Assembly (NCBI GenBank): GCA_002104905.1
Contig: MCFE01000744.1
Location: forward strand, 1 to 40,241
Length of the DNA: 40,241 nucleotides
Origin: Basidiobolus meristosporus CBS 931.73
Lineage: Eukaryota; Fungi; Basidiobolomycota
Reading direction: 5' to 3'
The notes below the pieces were generated by a model. The model did not search any database. It was not told the origin of the DNA and worked only from the letters and a program-made list of their open reading frames with translations. Both the position numbers and the translations under genes were made by a program. The stretch's first letter is position 1, and every line of letters begins with the position of its first letter. Positions 11,600 to 23,803 of this stretch are shown one piece after another.

Positions 11600-13186
11600 A
11601 GGTCTGGTAACTCCAGTTGTTCTAGGGTGATATGCAGAGGTCTCTAATGTATGCTCTGCTGCATCTCCAGGTAAGCTTCTTATATCTTTGTGATGAAGTT
11701 TACTTCTCTAATTAGTAAGATATCTACAGGGCTTCCATACTTCACAAGAATTTCCTAGTAGATGAAACTTGCAGCTCTATGTTCACTAGCTACAGGTATA
11801 GCTTTAGTCACTAGCCATTCAGTAACAACAACAATTGTTACTAAGATCAAGTAATTTCACTTCATGAAGGTTGGCAGTCTTCAAACAAGGTCAATTCCCC
11901 ATTTCTGAGGTGGTCTTGGAGGCTCCAAGGAAAGAGTTTAGCAATTTTCTGTAGCTGGCCTTGGTTGAATTGGCAATTGGGGCATGTTTTCACTAGCTTC
12001 TCCATATTTTTTTTCATTTTGGCCACCATGCTCTGGCTTCCACAAGGCTATAGGTTCTGATAACACCTATATGTCCATATCCATAGTGTAACATATATGT
12101 TAAATCCAGGCAAGCAACATAAGGGCAATAAACAATAGGCCTACCATCAACAAATTGGTATTGTGCTTCACCCTGTATTTTGAATTTGCTGGCTTCATCC
12201 TGGATCATCTTCTTGATCTTGTCATTGACCTCACTGGAATGGCTTGGTCCCTCAACTACTCTGGTTATAAGCTAGGCCAATCTGATTCATGCACAAAGCT
12301 GAGTTGTGCAACTTCTACTAGTCTTGACAGGCTTTAGCATTCATGTTATTACTCCCTGGGCGGTAGAAAATCTCCAAATCAAATTGCACAATGTATTCAC
12401 TCCATCTTGTCATTCTTCTGGATTGCATCTTCTGAGTAACTAAACACTCATGCACCAGATGGTTTAGTTCTGCAGAGTTCAGCTTCTAGAATTCAAATGC
12501 AATTGGGCAGTGCTTTTGCTCATGTTCATGGCTCAGTACTCCACTAATTGCAAAATTTAAAGCATCTGTGCACAGAATAAACTCTTTTCAGAAGTCAGGT
12601 ATTCTTAAGCCTGGGAGCTTGACAAGTTCATTCTTTAATGTCTGAAATGCAGTCTCATAGTCTATATCCTACTTCAATATGTTGTCTTTCTTGAGTATAT
12701 CCATCAAAGGGGCTGTAATACTTGCAAAGTACCTGACAGATTTCTGGTAATAGGATAATAACAATTCCAAGGAAGGATCTGAGTTCTCAAATACATGGTG
12801 ACTGCTTCAGACTCTTGATGACTTTGACTTTCTTGGGGTCTGAGGTCACTCCTGCACTAGTCACTATATGTCCAAGTTATTCAATGTGTTCCTTCAAGAG
12901 TTCACTCTTAGCTAGCTTGCTATATTGCTTGTTTTCTATTAGCTACTTTCAGACCTTTTAAATGTGCACCAAGTGGTCTGCTTATGACTTCCTGTATATC
13001 AGTAAGTATAAATGTAGATACCACAGACCTGTCTAAGTATTTCTGGAAGATGATTTAATCAAGTTAATAAATGTGCCAGGGCATTGGTGAGCCAAAAATA
13101 AATGACTAATTACCTGCAATATGTATATCTGGTCCTGAATGCTGTCTAAGGGATGTCTTCTGGCTTCACCCTAATCTGGTTGTATC
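11600..13186 (-). mobile_element. pol: G1 copy B fragment (RT C-terminal half, RNase H, integrase N-terminal part); both ends lost
   Basis: Colinear with about 2530-4200: GYNQIRVKPEDI, YCPYVACLDL..HYGYGHIG..ARAWWP, AYHPRT. Confidence 0.88.
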
Positions 13187-13190
13187 AAAA

Positions 13191-14255
13191 AAGTAAGCTT
13201 ACAACAGCTAAATGACACCAAATGGTTCAATATTTCAACACTTCCCTTCAATTAAATAAATTTTCAATCCTAATTCCTCTTGGAGAATCTGAAATTGCAG
13301 CCTAGGTAGTGGTTTTGTCAATGTATCTGACACCATTTTGTTAGTTGGACAGCAAAGTGACTGTATTAACTTATTTATTACAGCTCACCTCAAAAGTTAC
13401 TGTTGTTTATCTAGGTGCTTGGCTCTGGCATGATAAGAAGAATTCCGAGCTAATGATATACAGCTTTGATTATCCTTCTAACTACATATTGGTTCATCTC
13501 AACTAGAACCCAAGCTGTTAGGTAATTATTGTAGCCATTTAGCCTCCCTACTTACTTGACAAGCACTCACACATTCAGCTTCAGCTGAAAATAGGGCCAC
13601 AATTAGTTGTTTCTTTTGATTCTAAGTAATAGCTGCACCAGCATGCAGAAATACATATCTAGTAGTAGAGTGTCTGTCAATCAGATGCCTATCTCAATCT
13701 GAGCTACAATAACCATCAAAATCTTGCCTATTAGCTGCTCCAGAGTATTCCAGTACTATAATAATAGTATCATGTAGATATCTGAAAATCTGCTTAACTG
13801 CGCTGATTTGATCTGATCCAAAAATTTGCATGAAGAGACTGACCATCCCAGCTGCAACTGCAATATCTGGACTTGTAGACACCGCTTAGTACAACAGGCT
13901 ACTAAATATTGATTGATATGGAAAGGTTTAGACCATATTTGAACATTCTTGACCCAAAACTGGTTGTTATTTGCTCAACTTCTTTATTCTTCACCTACAT
14001 AGCACTTTGTCACATAGTAGCATTTGGACTTTGCATTGCCTTTTCCAGATTCTGAGGTTTGACACATGAGGCAAGATTTGCTTCTTCATGCTCATTGGAT
14101 GCCTGTCTCCAGGATCCAGGGGCATTTCCAATTCTGGTAGATATCCCAACTGGGATTATCTGCTCCAATATGAGACTGGTAGAAACATCTTCCTTATCTG
14201 GCTGATTAGGTGCATTTTGAATTCATGAGTGTTGATTTCATCATAAGGCAGCTCC
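13191..14255 (-). mobile_element. Ty1/copia copy C1: truncated 3' LTR (13191-13240), PPT (13241-13251), RNase H and RT C-terminus, with an internal deletion joining to the INT-RT linker
   Basis: LTR start TGTTGAAATATT follows PPT TTGAAGGGAAG. MSTSPDIAVAAG...RYLHDT..LEYSGAA..FDGYCSSD matches copia RT/RNase H. Confidence 0.85.
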
Positions 14256-15355
14256 ATAAACATGGTACCTTGTATATATCTAAGAGTTTACTTAACTGTT
14301 GAAATTTGATCTGATCCACAATTATTCATGAAATGGCTGACTGTGACCACTTCCACTGCAGTATCTGGATGTGTAGGTATCAATTAGCACATCAGGCTAC
14401 TAACCATTGATTGGTAGGGGAAGTTTCAATGCATGTTTGAGCAGCTTTGACCCAAGACTGTCTGAGATCTGCCCAATCTTTAGTTATTCTCTATGGTGGT
14501 TGCTGCAGGTTTGCAATATTCTAATTGGAAGCATTGAAATACTTCCTGATATACTTTGGCTGATTCAGCACAACTATATGAATGGTAATGTTGATTCTGA
14601 CCTTGGTCCCAAGAAAATAGCTCAGTCTTACAAGATCTTTCATCTGAAACTTGCTGAAGAGATCAAACTTTGTCTGTTTAAGTGCTTCCTGGTCACTTGT
14701 AGCTAATATTAGGTTGTCCACATCAAGAACTAGGCTGATCACACCCATAGATTTACTGTGATCAGCTGTGATAGAAATGAACCCAATCCCCTCTGAGTGT
14801 ATGTCCCTCTTCTTATACCATGCACTACATGCCTGCTCCAGCCCATGCAATAATATCCTCATTCTGCATACCTGACAGGGGCCCTTTAGTTTGGTACAGC
14901 ATTCTGGACCCTCTATAATCATAGTTTCTTGCAGATCCCAGTTAGAATAGCCGCTCTAATGTCCATTTGGGGTAGATATAGACTTTGCACAGCTGCCTGG
15001 GCATAAACTATCCTAATGGAATCAAGCTTAGGAACTAGGGGAAATGTTACCTTAAAGTCTAGGTCCTTGATCTGAGAATGGTAGTTAGCCAACAATCTAA
15101 CCTTGTACTTATTAATATTATCATTTGAGGACATCTGGATCTTATTGACCCATCTACATTGTATTGGCTTTCTCCTACTTGCTAAATCTACCAGTTCATC
15201 TCTTTGTCCTGATCAGTGATTAGTACTTCTACTTAAATGGCTTGTTGACACATAGTAGCATCTAGACTTTGCCTCACCTGTTTGAGTTCAAGAGGTTTGG
15301 CACACAAGGCAAGATATGCTACTTAATGATCATTGGATGTCTGACAAAAGGATCC
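14256..15355 (-). mobile_element. pol: Ty1/copia copy C2: linker and RT fragment
   Basis: KYKVRLLANYHSQIKDLDF, LLHGLEQA, VLDVDNL (decayed YVDD). Ends in the linker at the C3 LTR. Confidence 0.85.
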
Positions 15356-15722
15356 TGTTGCAATTTAAGAAGTGACTTGGATATAAGGAACTTACCAACA
15401 ACAGTGATAGTAGTTGAACTATTGAATATTAATAAAGAAGCTCAGTATTTATACCTTTGTAGAAGTAATACAGCTGTAACACCAAGTAAGGAGGGTTATT
15501 CAGTATTCAGGAGCATTCTGTAACAGTTTCAGGGTTGGTACATAATGCTTAGTAATGGTGCTAACTTGATCTTGACTATAAGGGAATAATCATAAGATCA
15601 TAGATCTGGAGAAAGTGGCAAAGTTAGAGCTGTAAATTTGTCTCACAGTAACCAAGATTAGTCCAGAATTGTTAAGTAAATCTTTAGTTGCGGATGACAC
15701 CAAATAGTCCAATGCTACAATG
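15356..15722 (-). repeat. C3 3' LTR (367 bp)
   Basis: Homologous to 19543-19910. Preceded by PPT TTGAGGGGGAG. Confidence 0.92.
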
Positions 15723-18700
15723 CTCCCCCTCAAATTAATAATTTCTTAATCCTTACTCCTCCCTGAGATTCTCATATTGTGGCCTAGCCAGTGGTTTTGT
15801 CAATATATCAGCCACTATTTTGTTAGTTGGGCAGTACACTAACTCTACTAAGTTATTTCCTACAGCTTCCCTCACAAAGTGATGCTGTTTATAAATGTGC
15901 TTAGTTCTGGCATATTAGTAGGATTTCTAGCTAATGAAACACAGCTTTGATTGTCCTTGTGAATGCATATTGTTTCATCTGAATTAAAACCTAAATATTT
16001 GTATTATTTTTGTAGCCATAAAGCCTTCATAGCTGCTTGACATGCAACCATATATACTGCTTCAGTTGTGGATAGGGCCACAGTTGGTTGTTACTTGTGA
16101 TTCTAGGTAATAGCTGCACCAGTATAAAGAAATACATAGCCTGTGGTAGAGTGTCTGTCAATCAGATCCCCACCCCAATCTGAATCACATAACTATCAAG
16201 TATTTGCCTATTAGCTGCTCCAGGGTATTCCAGTACCATATTTATGGTACCTTGTAGATATCTGCAAATGCACTTAAGTGCTGCTATTTAATTTGATCCA
16301 TAATTCTGCATGAATTGACTGACAATTTCAACTGCCACTGCAAAATCCGGACATATAGACACCATCAGGTACATTAGTCTACCAATCATTGAATGATAGG
16401 CAAAGGTTTAGTCCATATTTAACCTGTTTTCATCTGTAACTGGCTGAGATTTGCGTAATTTCAGGTTATTGTCCATAGGGGTAGCTGCATGTTTGTAATT
16501 TCCCATTTTGACGCATCTAAGAATGTCACTGACATATTTGGATTGGTTCACCACAATTTTCTGTGTAGGTATGTCAAATCTGACTTCAATTTCAAGAAAG
16601 TATATAATTTTCCAAGATCTATCATCTCAAACTTGCTGAAAAGATCTGATTTTGTCTGTTTAAGTGCCTCTTGATTACATGTAGCTATAATTTGGTTGTC
16701 CATATAAAGAACTAGGATGAGCACATACTTTTGAGCTGTTTCACAAATACACTGTGATCTGGAGTGCTATGAGAGAACCCAATTTCCTCTATATGTGTCA
16801 ATCTTGTTATACCATGCTCTTGGTGCCTGCATAAGCCCATACAGCAATTTTTTAAGTTTGGAAACCCAATGGGGATCTTTTGGATTGGTAAAACCTTTTG
16901 GTTGTTCCATATAGATATATTCTTACAAATCCCCATTTAAAAGGCTGTTTTGACGTCCATTTGGTGTAAATCCAGACTGTGTACAGCTGCCAGGGCTAGA
17001 ACTGTTCCAATGGAGTTAAACTTGGCAACCAGGGCAAGTGTTTCCTCAAAGTCTAGTCTCTAGATCTGGGAATAGCCTTTAGCCACCAATTTAGCCTTGT
17101 ACATATCAACAGCACCACTTGAGGTTATCTCAATCTTGTAGACCCATCTACATCCTATTGGCTTTTGCCCATATAGTAAATCTACCAGTTTCCATGTTTT
17201 TGTCTTGATTGGTGATTGGTACTCCTCCTGCATAGCTTGGTGCCATATAGTTGCATCTGGATTTTGCACTGCCTGTTCCAGATTCTGGGGTTTGGCACAT
17301 GAGCCAAGATATGCTTCTTCATGATCATTGGAAGTCTGCCACCAGAATTGAGGGGCATTTCTTACTCTGGTAGATCTCCAAACTGGGATAATTTGCTCTG
17401 ATCTGGAACTAGAAGAATTATCATCTTCATCTGGTTGAGTTAGGTATGTATTTTCTTCTTTTGTGCTGATTGTATCATCAGGTAGCTGGCCAATGAATTC
17501 AGTGGCTTTGTGATCCATATTCTTCTCAAATGGAGTGCCCTTACTCTTGATCAGCTTTTGAATTTGGCCATCATACACTCTATGCCTTTTAATATCTTCA
17601 CAATACCCAAGAAAGATCCATTTCCTACTCTTTGGTTCCAATTTGGAGTGTTTTTTGTCAGGGATGCAATAAAAACCATCACTGCCAAAGATCTTGAGGT
17701 GCTGCAGATCTAGTTTTCTGCCTGTAGAGGCTTCAAAGGGTGTAGAATCATAGAGAGCTGTTTTTTGGCAGCTGTTCTTGATGTAAACTGCAGTAGTAAC
17801 AGATTCAGCCCAGAACTTGTGGCCCATTCCCTTGTCATGTAGCATAGATCTTCCCATCACTACTATTGTTATATTTGCACTTTCTGCTACTCCATTCTGC
17901 TGTGGAGTATTAGGGACTGTGGTCTGCTAAACTATACCAGTAGATGAGCATAAATTTGCAAATTCCTTTGAGCAGTACTGCCCTCCATTGTCACTTTGTA
18001 GCACCTTCAATTTACACCTAGCTTGTGTTTCTGCCATGTTCTCGAAGTGCTTAAATGTTTCCAATGCTTCATCCTTATTTTTGAGGAAAAACACCCATCT
18101 ATATTTTGTCTGTCATCAATAAATGTCATTGAGTATCTCCTGGCTCCAAAGGAAAGTGTTCTTATGGGGCCACATATGTCTAAGTGTACAATAGGCAATA
18201 ACTAAGTAGTATAGATGCCTTCTGAGCTCTTTAGATGTTGCCTAGCTTGTTTGTCATCTGAACACCTCTTACAAATATTCAATTGGATTCAAATTGAGTA
18301 TTTAAGGCCCAAAACAAGCTTATTTTTCACAAATTGGGTCATTTTCTGATCCACAATGTGTCCTAGCCTCCTATGCCATGTCTCCCAGCTAGTTTCATCA
18401 GTTTCAGCAATGTTGACATATTCAGGTCAATGATCTAGCATGGTAACTTGTATATATTTCAATCTCTGATTCCCAAAGCTAATTTTTGTCCATTTTGACT
18501 CAATATTGAGCAGCTCATCTTAAAAAAAACAAATTTCAATCCCAGAGCAGTTACTTTACTGACTGAGAGTAGGTTCTTGGCTATTCCAGGTACAAATAGT
18601 ACATCAGTCAGTCTTGCTGTTGATGCCCCTGAGCTATCACTCAGATTCAGTTGTATAGACCCACTGACGGTAGCTTCCATAGCAGAGTTATCTTCCAGAT

Positions 18701-18812
18701 GAGCCTTTCTTAAGCAAATGGTTGTGAAGTTGCTGAACCACTCCTTTAGACCACAAATATGCTGTGATACTTGTGAGTCAATATTCCATTCATTACTTTG
18801 GTTACTTGCGCT
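15356..18812 (-). mobile_element. Ty1/copia copy C3: protease to 3' LTR; gag and 5' LTR missing
   Basis: Protease (WNIDSQVSQH), WHRRLGH, IVHLDICG, integrase core, 266-aa ORF 17060-17860, RT, RNase H, PPT 15723-15733, LTR 15356-15722. INT-RT-RH order defines copia. Confidence 0.93.
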
Positions 18813-18823
18813 GGCTTGTATGG

Positions 18824-19189
18824 TCCTAATTCTACTGTTGGAGCTAAGCTAGAATGGAAATATCCCCAAAAGATTGAGATGAAGAAGAATACTTCTGATA
18901 TTACAAATAATACAAATCCCATTGTAATACCATTTTGAACTTTAGTTGTATGGAATCCTTGGTATGCACTTTCTCTTATACAATCTCTCCACCAGAAAGC
19001 CATTGTTAATGCTACGGCTATTATACCCATAGTTAAAAGAGTTCCACCCATAATCCAACCATGAAACTTTGATACTGCTGCTAAAGTAGTTACTAATAAG
19101 GCAAACAATGCGGCTAATGGTCATGGTGATGGGTCAACTAGATGAAATGGATGTGCTTGAATAGCAACACTACGTGTTTGATTTACCAT
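18824..19189 (-). pseudogene. cox3: NUMT: first 122 codons of mitochondrial cytochrome c oxidase subunit 3
   Basis: MVNQTRSVAIQAHPFHLVDPSP[TGA]PLAA...FWWRDCIRESAYQGFHTTKVQNG...FVISEVFFFISIFWGYFHSSLAPTVELG carries the hallmark Cox3 motifs. AT-rich codon usage, no frameshift, truncated at ELG. Confidence 0.96.
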
Positions 19190-19202
19190 TATTTTTCTGC
19201 AA

Positions 19203-19270
19203 ATACACTTTTCCCCCCTTTACCCTCCGCGTTTGGCCCCCCCCTGACCCCTCCCCCCCCCGCCAGGGGG
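19203..19270. repeat. GC-rich cluster upstream of cox3, probably a mitochondrial GC cluster or hairpin element carried with the NUMT
   Basis: C-runs with the inverted pair CCCCCTG...CAGGGGG. CpGs are retained. Composition is unlike the rest of the window. Confidence 0.55.
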
Positions 19271-19542
19271 AAGATGACCTCTAAAGGTACCATTGAGAAA
19301 TACAATGCTAAATTGGTGGTTAGAGGTCATTCTCAGATCTAGGGACTAGACTTAAGTAAACAGTTGCTGTGGTTGCCAAGATTAACTCCATTAGGACAGT
19401 TCTAGTCCCTGCAGCTGTGCACTCTCAAGATCTGCACTGAATGAAACTCAAAACAGTCTTTTTAGATGGTGATCTGCAAGAAACTATGTTTATAGAGTAA
19501 TGAGAAGGTTTACCATTCCAGAGGGACATTATAAGGTGTGCA
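19271..19542 (+). mobile_element. pol: Ty1/copia copy C4, RT N-terminal fragment (host of C5)
   Basis: KMTSKGTIEKYNAKLVVRGHSQI.GLD...HKVC matches 22390-22665. Continues at 24173. Confidence 0.88.
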
Positions 19543-19910
19543 TATTGATATTTTGGACTATTTGGTAACATTCTGCAGCTAAAAATTTACTTAACAATTC
19601 TTGCCTAGTCTTGGTCACTGTAGGTCCAGTTTACAGCTCTAACTTTGCCACTTTCTCCAGATCTATGATCTTATGTTTATTCCCCATAGTCAGGATCAAG
19701 TTAACATTATTGCTGAGCAATATGTACTAACCTTGAAGCTGTTTCATAATGCTCCTGAATATTGAGAAACCCTCCTTACTTAGTGTTACTGCTGTATTAC
19801 TTCTACAAAGGTATAAATACTGAGCTTCTTTATTAATATACAACAGTTCAACTATTATCACTACTTCTTGATAAGTTCCTTATATCCAAATCACTTCTTA
19901 AATTGCAACA
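19543..19910 (+). repeat. C5 5' LTR (368 bp)
   Basis: Begins TA (decayed TG) and ends GCAACA. TATAAATA at 19812-19819. Followed directly by the PBS. Confidence 0.93.
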
Positions 19911-19922
19911 GGTTTTGAGCCC
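19911..19922 (+). promoter_or_regulatory. Half-tRNA-type PBS (tRNA-iMet anticodon arm)
   Basis: GGTTTTGAGCCC abuts the LTR. It is one mismatch from GGTTATGAGCCC, the complement of the iMet anticodon arm used by Drosophila copia and Ty5-type elements. Confidence 0.8.
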
Positions 19923-19946
19923 CAATGGCCTTAATCTATTCTAAAG

Positions 19947-22900
19947 ATGACTTCTACCAGCAAAAAGAAACACAAACATCTTCCCTGTAAAGGAGAAGTT
20001 TGATGGAAAGAACTACAGACTCAAGAAAATCAAGATGCAGATCCACCTTGAGGAAAAGAATCTTTGGAGTCTAGTAACAGGAAAAGAAGTTTAACCCAAA
20101 GGAACAGCACAAGAAGTGGAGAAGTTTCAAGAGAAGGAGAGAAAGACCTTTAATGCCATATATATCAATGTGCAAGATTCCTTCAATGAACAAATCTGTG
20201 CCACAAATACTGCTAATGCAGCATGGGAATCCTTAGAGAAGATCTTTAGAACAAGGTGAGTATCAAGCAAGCTTTATTAAAACAAAAGCTTTTCAACATG
20301 AGGAAGAAGCCAGATGATGGCATGCTACAACTCATTACCAGAATGGAGACACTAGCAGAAGAACTTTACAGTATTAATACTTGTGTAGATGATGAAGAAA
20401 AGATACTTTGTCTGCTTTGCAGCCTACCAGAAGAGTATGAGACACTCATACTTTCTTCTGAAAGCACAGAAGACAATTTGACTTTAGACTATGTCAAAGG
20501 AAGACTTCTCCATGAAGAACTCAGACGTAATAATAAAGCAGAGAAAATTGAAGATAATGCTCTGTTCAGCTCTGAATGGCACACAGAATAGAAGGGAAGG
20601 CAACAAAATCAAAGAAAACTTGGTTGCTGCTACTATTGTAAACTGCCACAACACTGGGCAAGCAAATCCAAGAAGAAACAAGCAGACAAAAAACAGAAAC
20701 TAGAGCAGGCAAACCATATAACTACTGATGAACAGTTACTTGTAACTGTTAAGGAGAGTGCAAGTAACCAAAGTAATGAATGGTATAGGGACTCTGGAGC
20801 CTCACGGCATATTTGTGGTATTAAGGAGTGGTTCAACCACTTTAAGACTATTCCCTCAAGAAAGGTTTATCTGGGAGATAACTTTGCTCTGGAAGCTACT
20901 GCAAGTGGGTCTATACAACTAAATATGAGCAATAACTCAGGGCAACAACAGCAAGACTCACTGACATACTCCATGTACGTGTAGTAGCTAAGAACTTACT
21001 CTCAGTCAGTGAGGCAACTGCTTAGGTACTGAAACTTGTTGTTACTAAGATGAGCTGCTCAATATTGAATGAGAATGAACAAAAATTAGCTTTGGGATTC
21101 AAAGATCACAATATGAACAAGCTACAATGCAAGATTGTTGAACTTGAGTATGTCAACATTTCTGAAACTGATGACACTAACTGGGTGACATGGCATAGGA
21201 GGCTAGGACACCTTGGAGAACAGAAAATGAGCCAATTGGTGCAGAATCAGCTTGTTTTAGGCCTAAAATACTCAGTTCCAATCAAACTGGATGTTTGTAA
21301 GGGATGTCCATATGGCAGACAAGCTAGGAAACATCTTAAGAACTCAGAATGCATCAGTACCACCAAAATATTGGCTATTGTACACTCAGACCTATGTGGC
21401 CTCATGAGAACACTGTCCATTGTAGCTTAGAGATACTTTATGATACTTTTTGATGACAAAAGAAGATATACATGGGTGTACTTTCTGAAAACAAAGGATG
21501 AAGCGTTAGAAACTTTTAACCACTTCAAGAACATGACAGATACACAAGCTGGGTGTAAGTTGAAGGTGCTACAAAGTTACAATGGAGGAGAATACTGTTC
21601 AGAGGAATTTGTAAAATGCTGCTTGTGTACTGGTATACTTCAGCAGACCACAATTCCTCATACTCTACAGCAAAATGGAGTAGCAGAATGTACAAATGGA
21701 ACAATAGTAGAACTGGGTAGATCTATGCTACATGACAAGAGAATGGACTACAAGTTTTGGGCTGAATCTGTTACTACTGCAGTTTACATCAAGAACTGAT
21801 GTCAAAAAACAGCTCTGCGTGATTCTACACCCCTTGAAGCATATACAGGCAAACACTAGATCTCCAGCACCTCAAGATCATTGGCAGTGCTGTTTTTATA
21901 GCATCCCTGACAAAAAACACTCAAAGTTGGAACCAAAGTGTAGGAAACAGATCTTTCTTAGGTATTGTGAAGATACTAAAGGGTATAGAGTTTATGATGG
22001 CAAAATTCAAGAGCTGATCAAGATATCATTGGCTAGCTGCCTGATGATGCAATCAACACTAATGTGGAAAATATGTATCAAATCCAGCCAGATGCAGAAG
22101 ATACTACTACCAGGTCCAGATCAGAACAGGTTATCCCAGTCAGGAGATCTACCAGAACAAGAAATGCCCATGGATCCCGGAGGCAGACATCCAATGATCA
22201 TGAAGAAGCTTATCTTGCCTTATGTGCCCAACCTCAGAGTCTGGAACAGGCAATGCAAAGTTCAGATGCTACCATGTGGCAACAAGCAATGCAGGAGGAG
22301 TACCAATCACTGATCAATGCAAAAATGTAGGTACTGGTAGATTTACCAAATTGGGGAAAGCCAATAGGATGTAGATGGGTCTACAAGATTGAGATAACCT
22401 CCAATGGTGCTGTTGATATGTACAAGGCTAGATTGGTGGCTAAAGGCTACTTCCAGATCCAGGGACTAGACTTTAAGGAAATATTTGCTCTGGTTGCCAA
22501 GTTCAACTTCATTAGGACAGTTCTAGCCCTGGCAGCTGCACAAAGTCTAGATCTACACCAAATGGAAGTCAAAATAGCCTTACCAAGTGGGGATTTGCAA
22601 GAAACTATATATATAGAGCAACCAGAAGGTTTCACACATCCAAAAGACCCCCATAAGGTGTGCAAACTGAGAGAATTGCTGTATGGGCTTAAGCAGGCAC
22701 CTAGAGCATGGTATACAAAGATTGACACATATCTGGAGGAAATTGGGTTCTCTCGTAGCACTGCATATCACAGTATATATTTGAAACACCTCAAAAGGTG
22801 TGATCATCCTAGTTATCTATGTGGATGACCTAATTATAGCTACAAGTGACCAAGAGGCACTTAAACAGACAAAATCAGATCTTTTCAACAAGTTTGAGAT

Positions 22901-23790
22901 GAAAGATTTTGAAAAATTGAGATATTTTCTTGAAATTGAGGTCAACTTTGGCATACCTATGCAGAAAATTGTGCTGAATCAGTCTATGTACATCAGGGAC
23001 ACTCTTAGACGCTTCAAAATAGAAAAATTGCAAATCTGCAGCTACTCCTATGGACAATTACCTCAAATTAAGCAAATTTCAGCTAGTATAGATGAAAATA
23101 GCTCCAATATGGACCAAAGCTTTCTCTATATATCAGTGGTTGGTAGCCTAATGTACTTGATGGTGTCTACACCTCCAGATATTGCAGTGGCAGTTGGAAT
23201 AGTAAGTTGACTCATGCAGAATTATGAATCAGATCAAATAGCAGCACTTAAGCGCATTTGCAGATATCTACAAGGTACCATAAATATGGTACTGGAATAC
23301 TCTGGAGCAGCTAATAGGCAAAAATTTGATGGATATTATGATTCAGATTGGTGTGAGTATCTGATTGACAGGCCCTCTACCACAGGCTATGTATTACTTT
23401 ATGCTGGTGCAGCTATTACTTGGAATTGCAAGAAACAGCCAAATGTGGCCCTATCTATAACTGAAGCAGAATATATGGCTGCATGTCATGCAACTATGGG
23501 GGCTATGTGGCTACAAAAATTATTCAAAGGCTTAGGTTTTAATCAGATGAACCAGCATGTATTTACAAGGATAATCAAAGTTATATTTCATTTGCTAGAA
23601 ATCCTACTATTTAGGCCAGCACTAAGCACATTGATGTAAAGCATCACTTTGTGAGGGAAGCTGTAGATAATAACTTAGTAGAGTTAGTGTACTGCCCAAC
23701 TAACAAAATAGTGGCAGATATATTGACAAAACCACTAGCTAGGCCACAATATGAGAATCTCAGGGAGGAGTAAGGATTAAGAAATTATTT
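19947..23790 (+). pseudogene. pol: C5 gag-pol
   Basis: KFDGKNY..KIKMQIHLEEKNLW, LCLLCSLPEEYE, CYYCKLPQHW knuckle, WYRDSGASRH, WHRRLGH, VHSDLCG, QNGVAE, KARLVAKG, intact YVDD near 22817, GYYDSDW, TEAEY, KHIDVK, ADILTK. Multiple stops and frameshifts. Confidence 0.94.
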
Positions 23791-23794
23791 AGTT

Positions 23795-23803
23795 GAGGGG
23801 GAG
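23795..23803 (+). promoter_or_regulatory. C5 polypurine tract
   Basis: GAGGGGGAG immediately before the TG of the 3' LTR. Confidence 0.88.

Noticed and set aside
18746-19108. Chimeric cox3-copia ORF as a functional nuclear gene
   Set aside because: It is a truncated Cox3 with a TGA at codon 23, fused to an out-of-frame copia tail, with no targeting peptide or promoter evidence.
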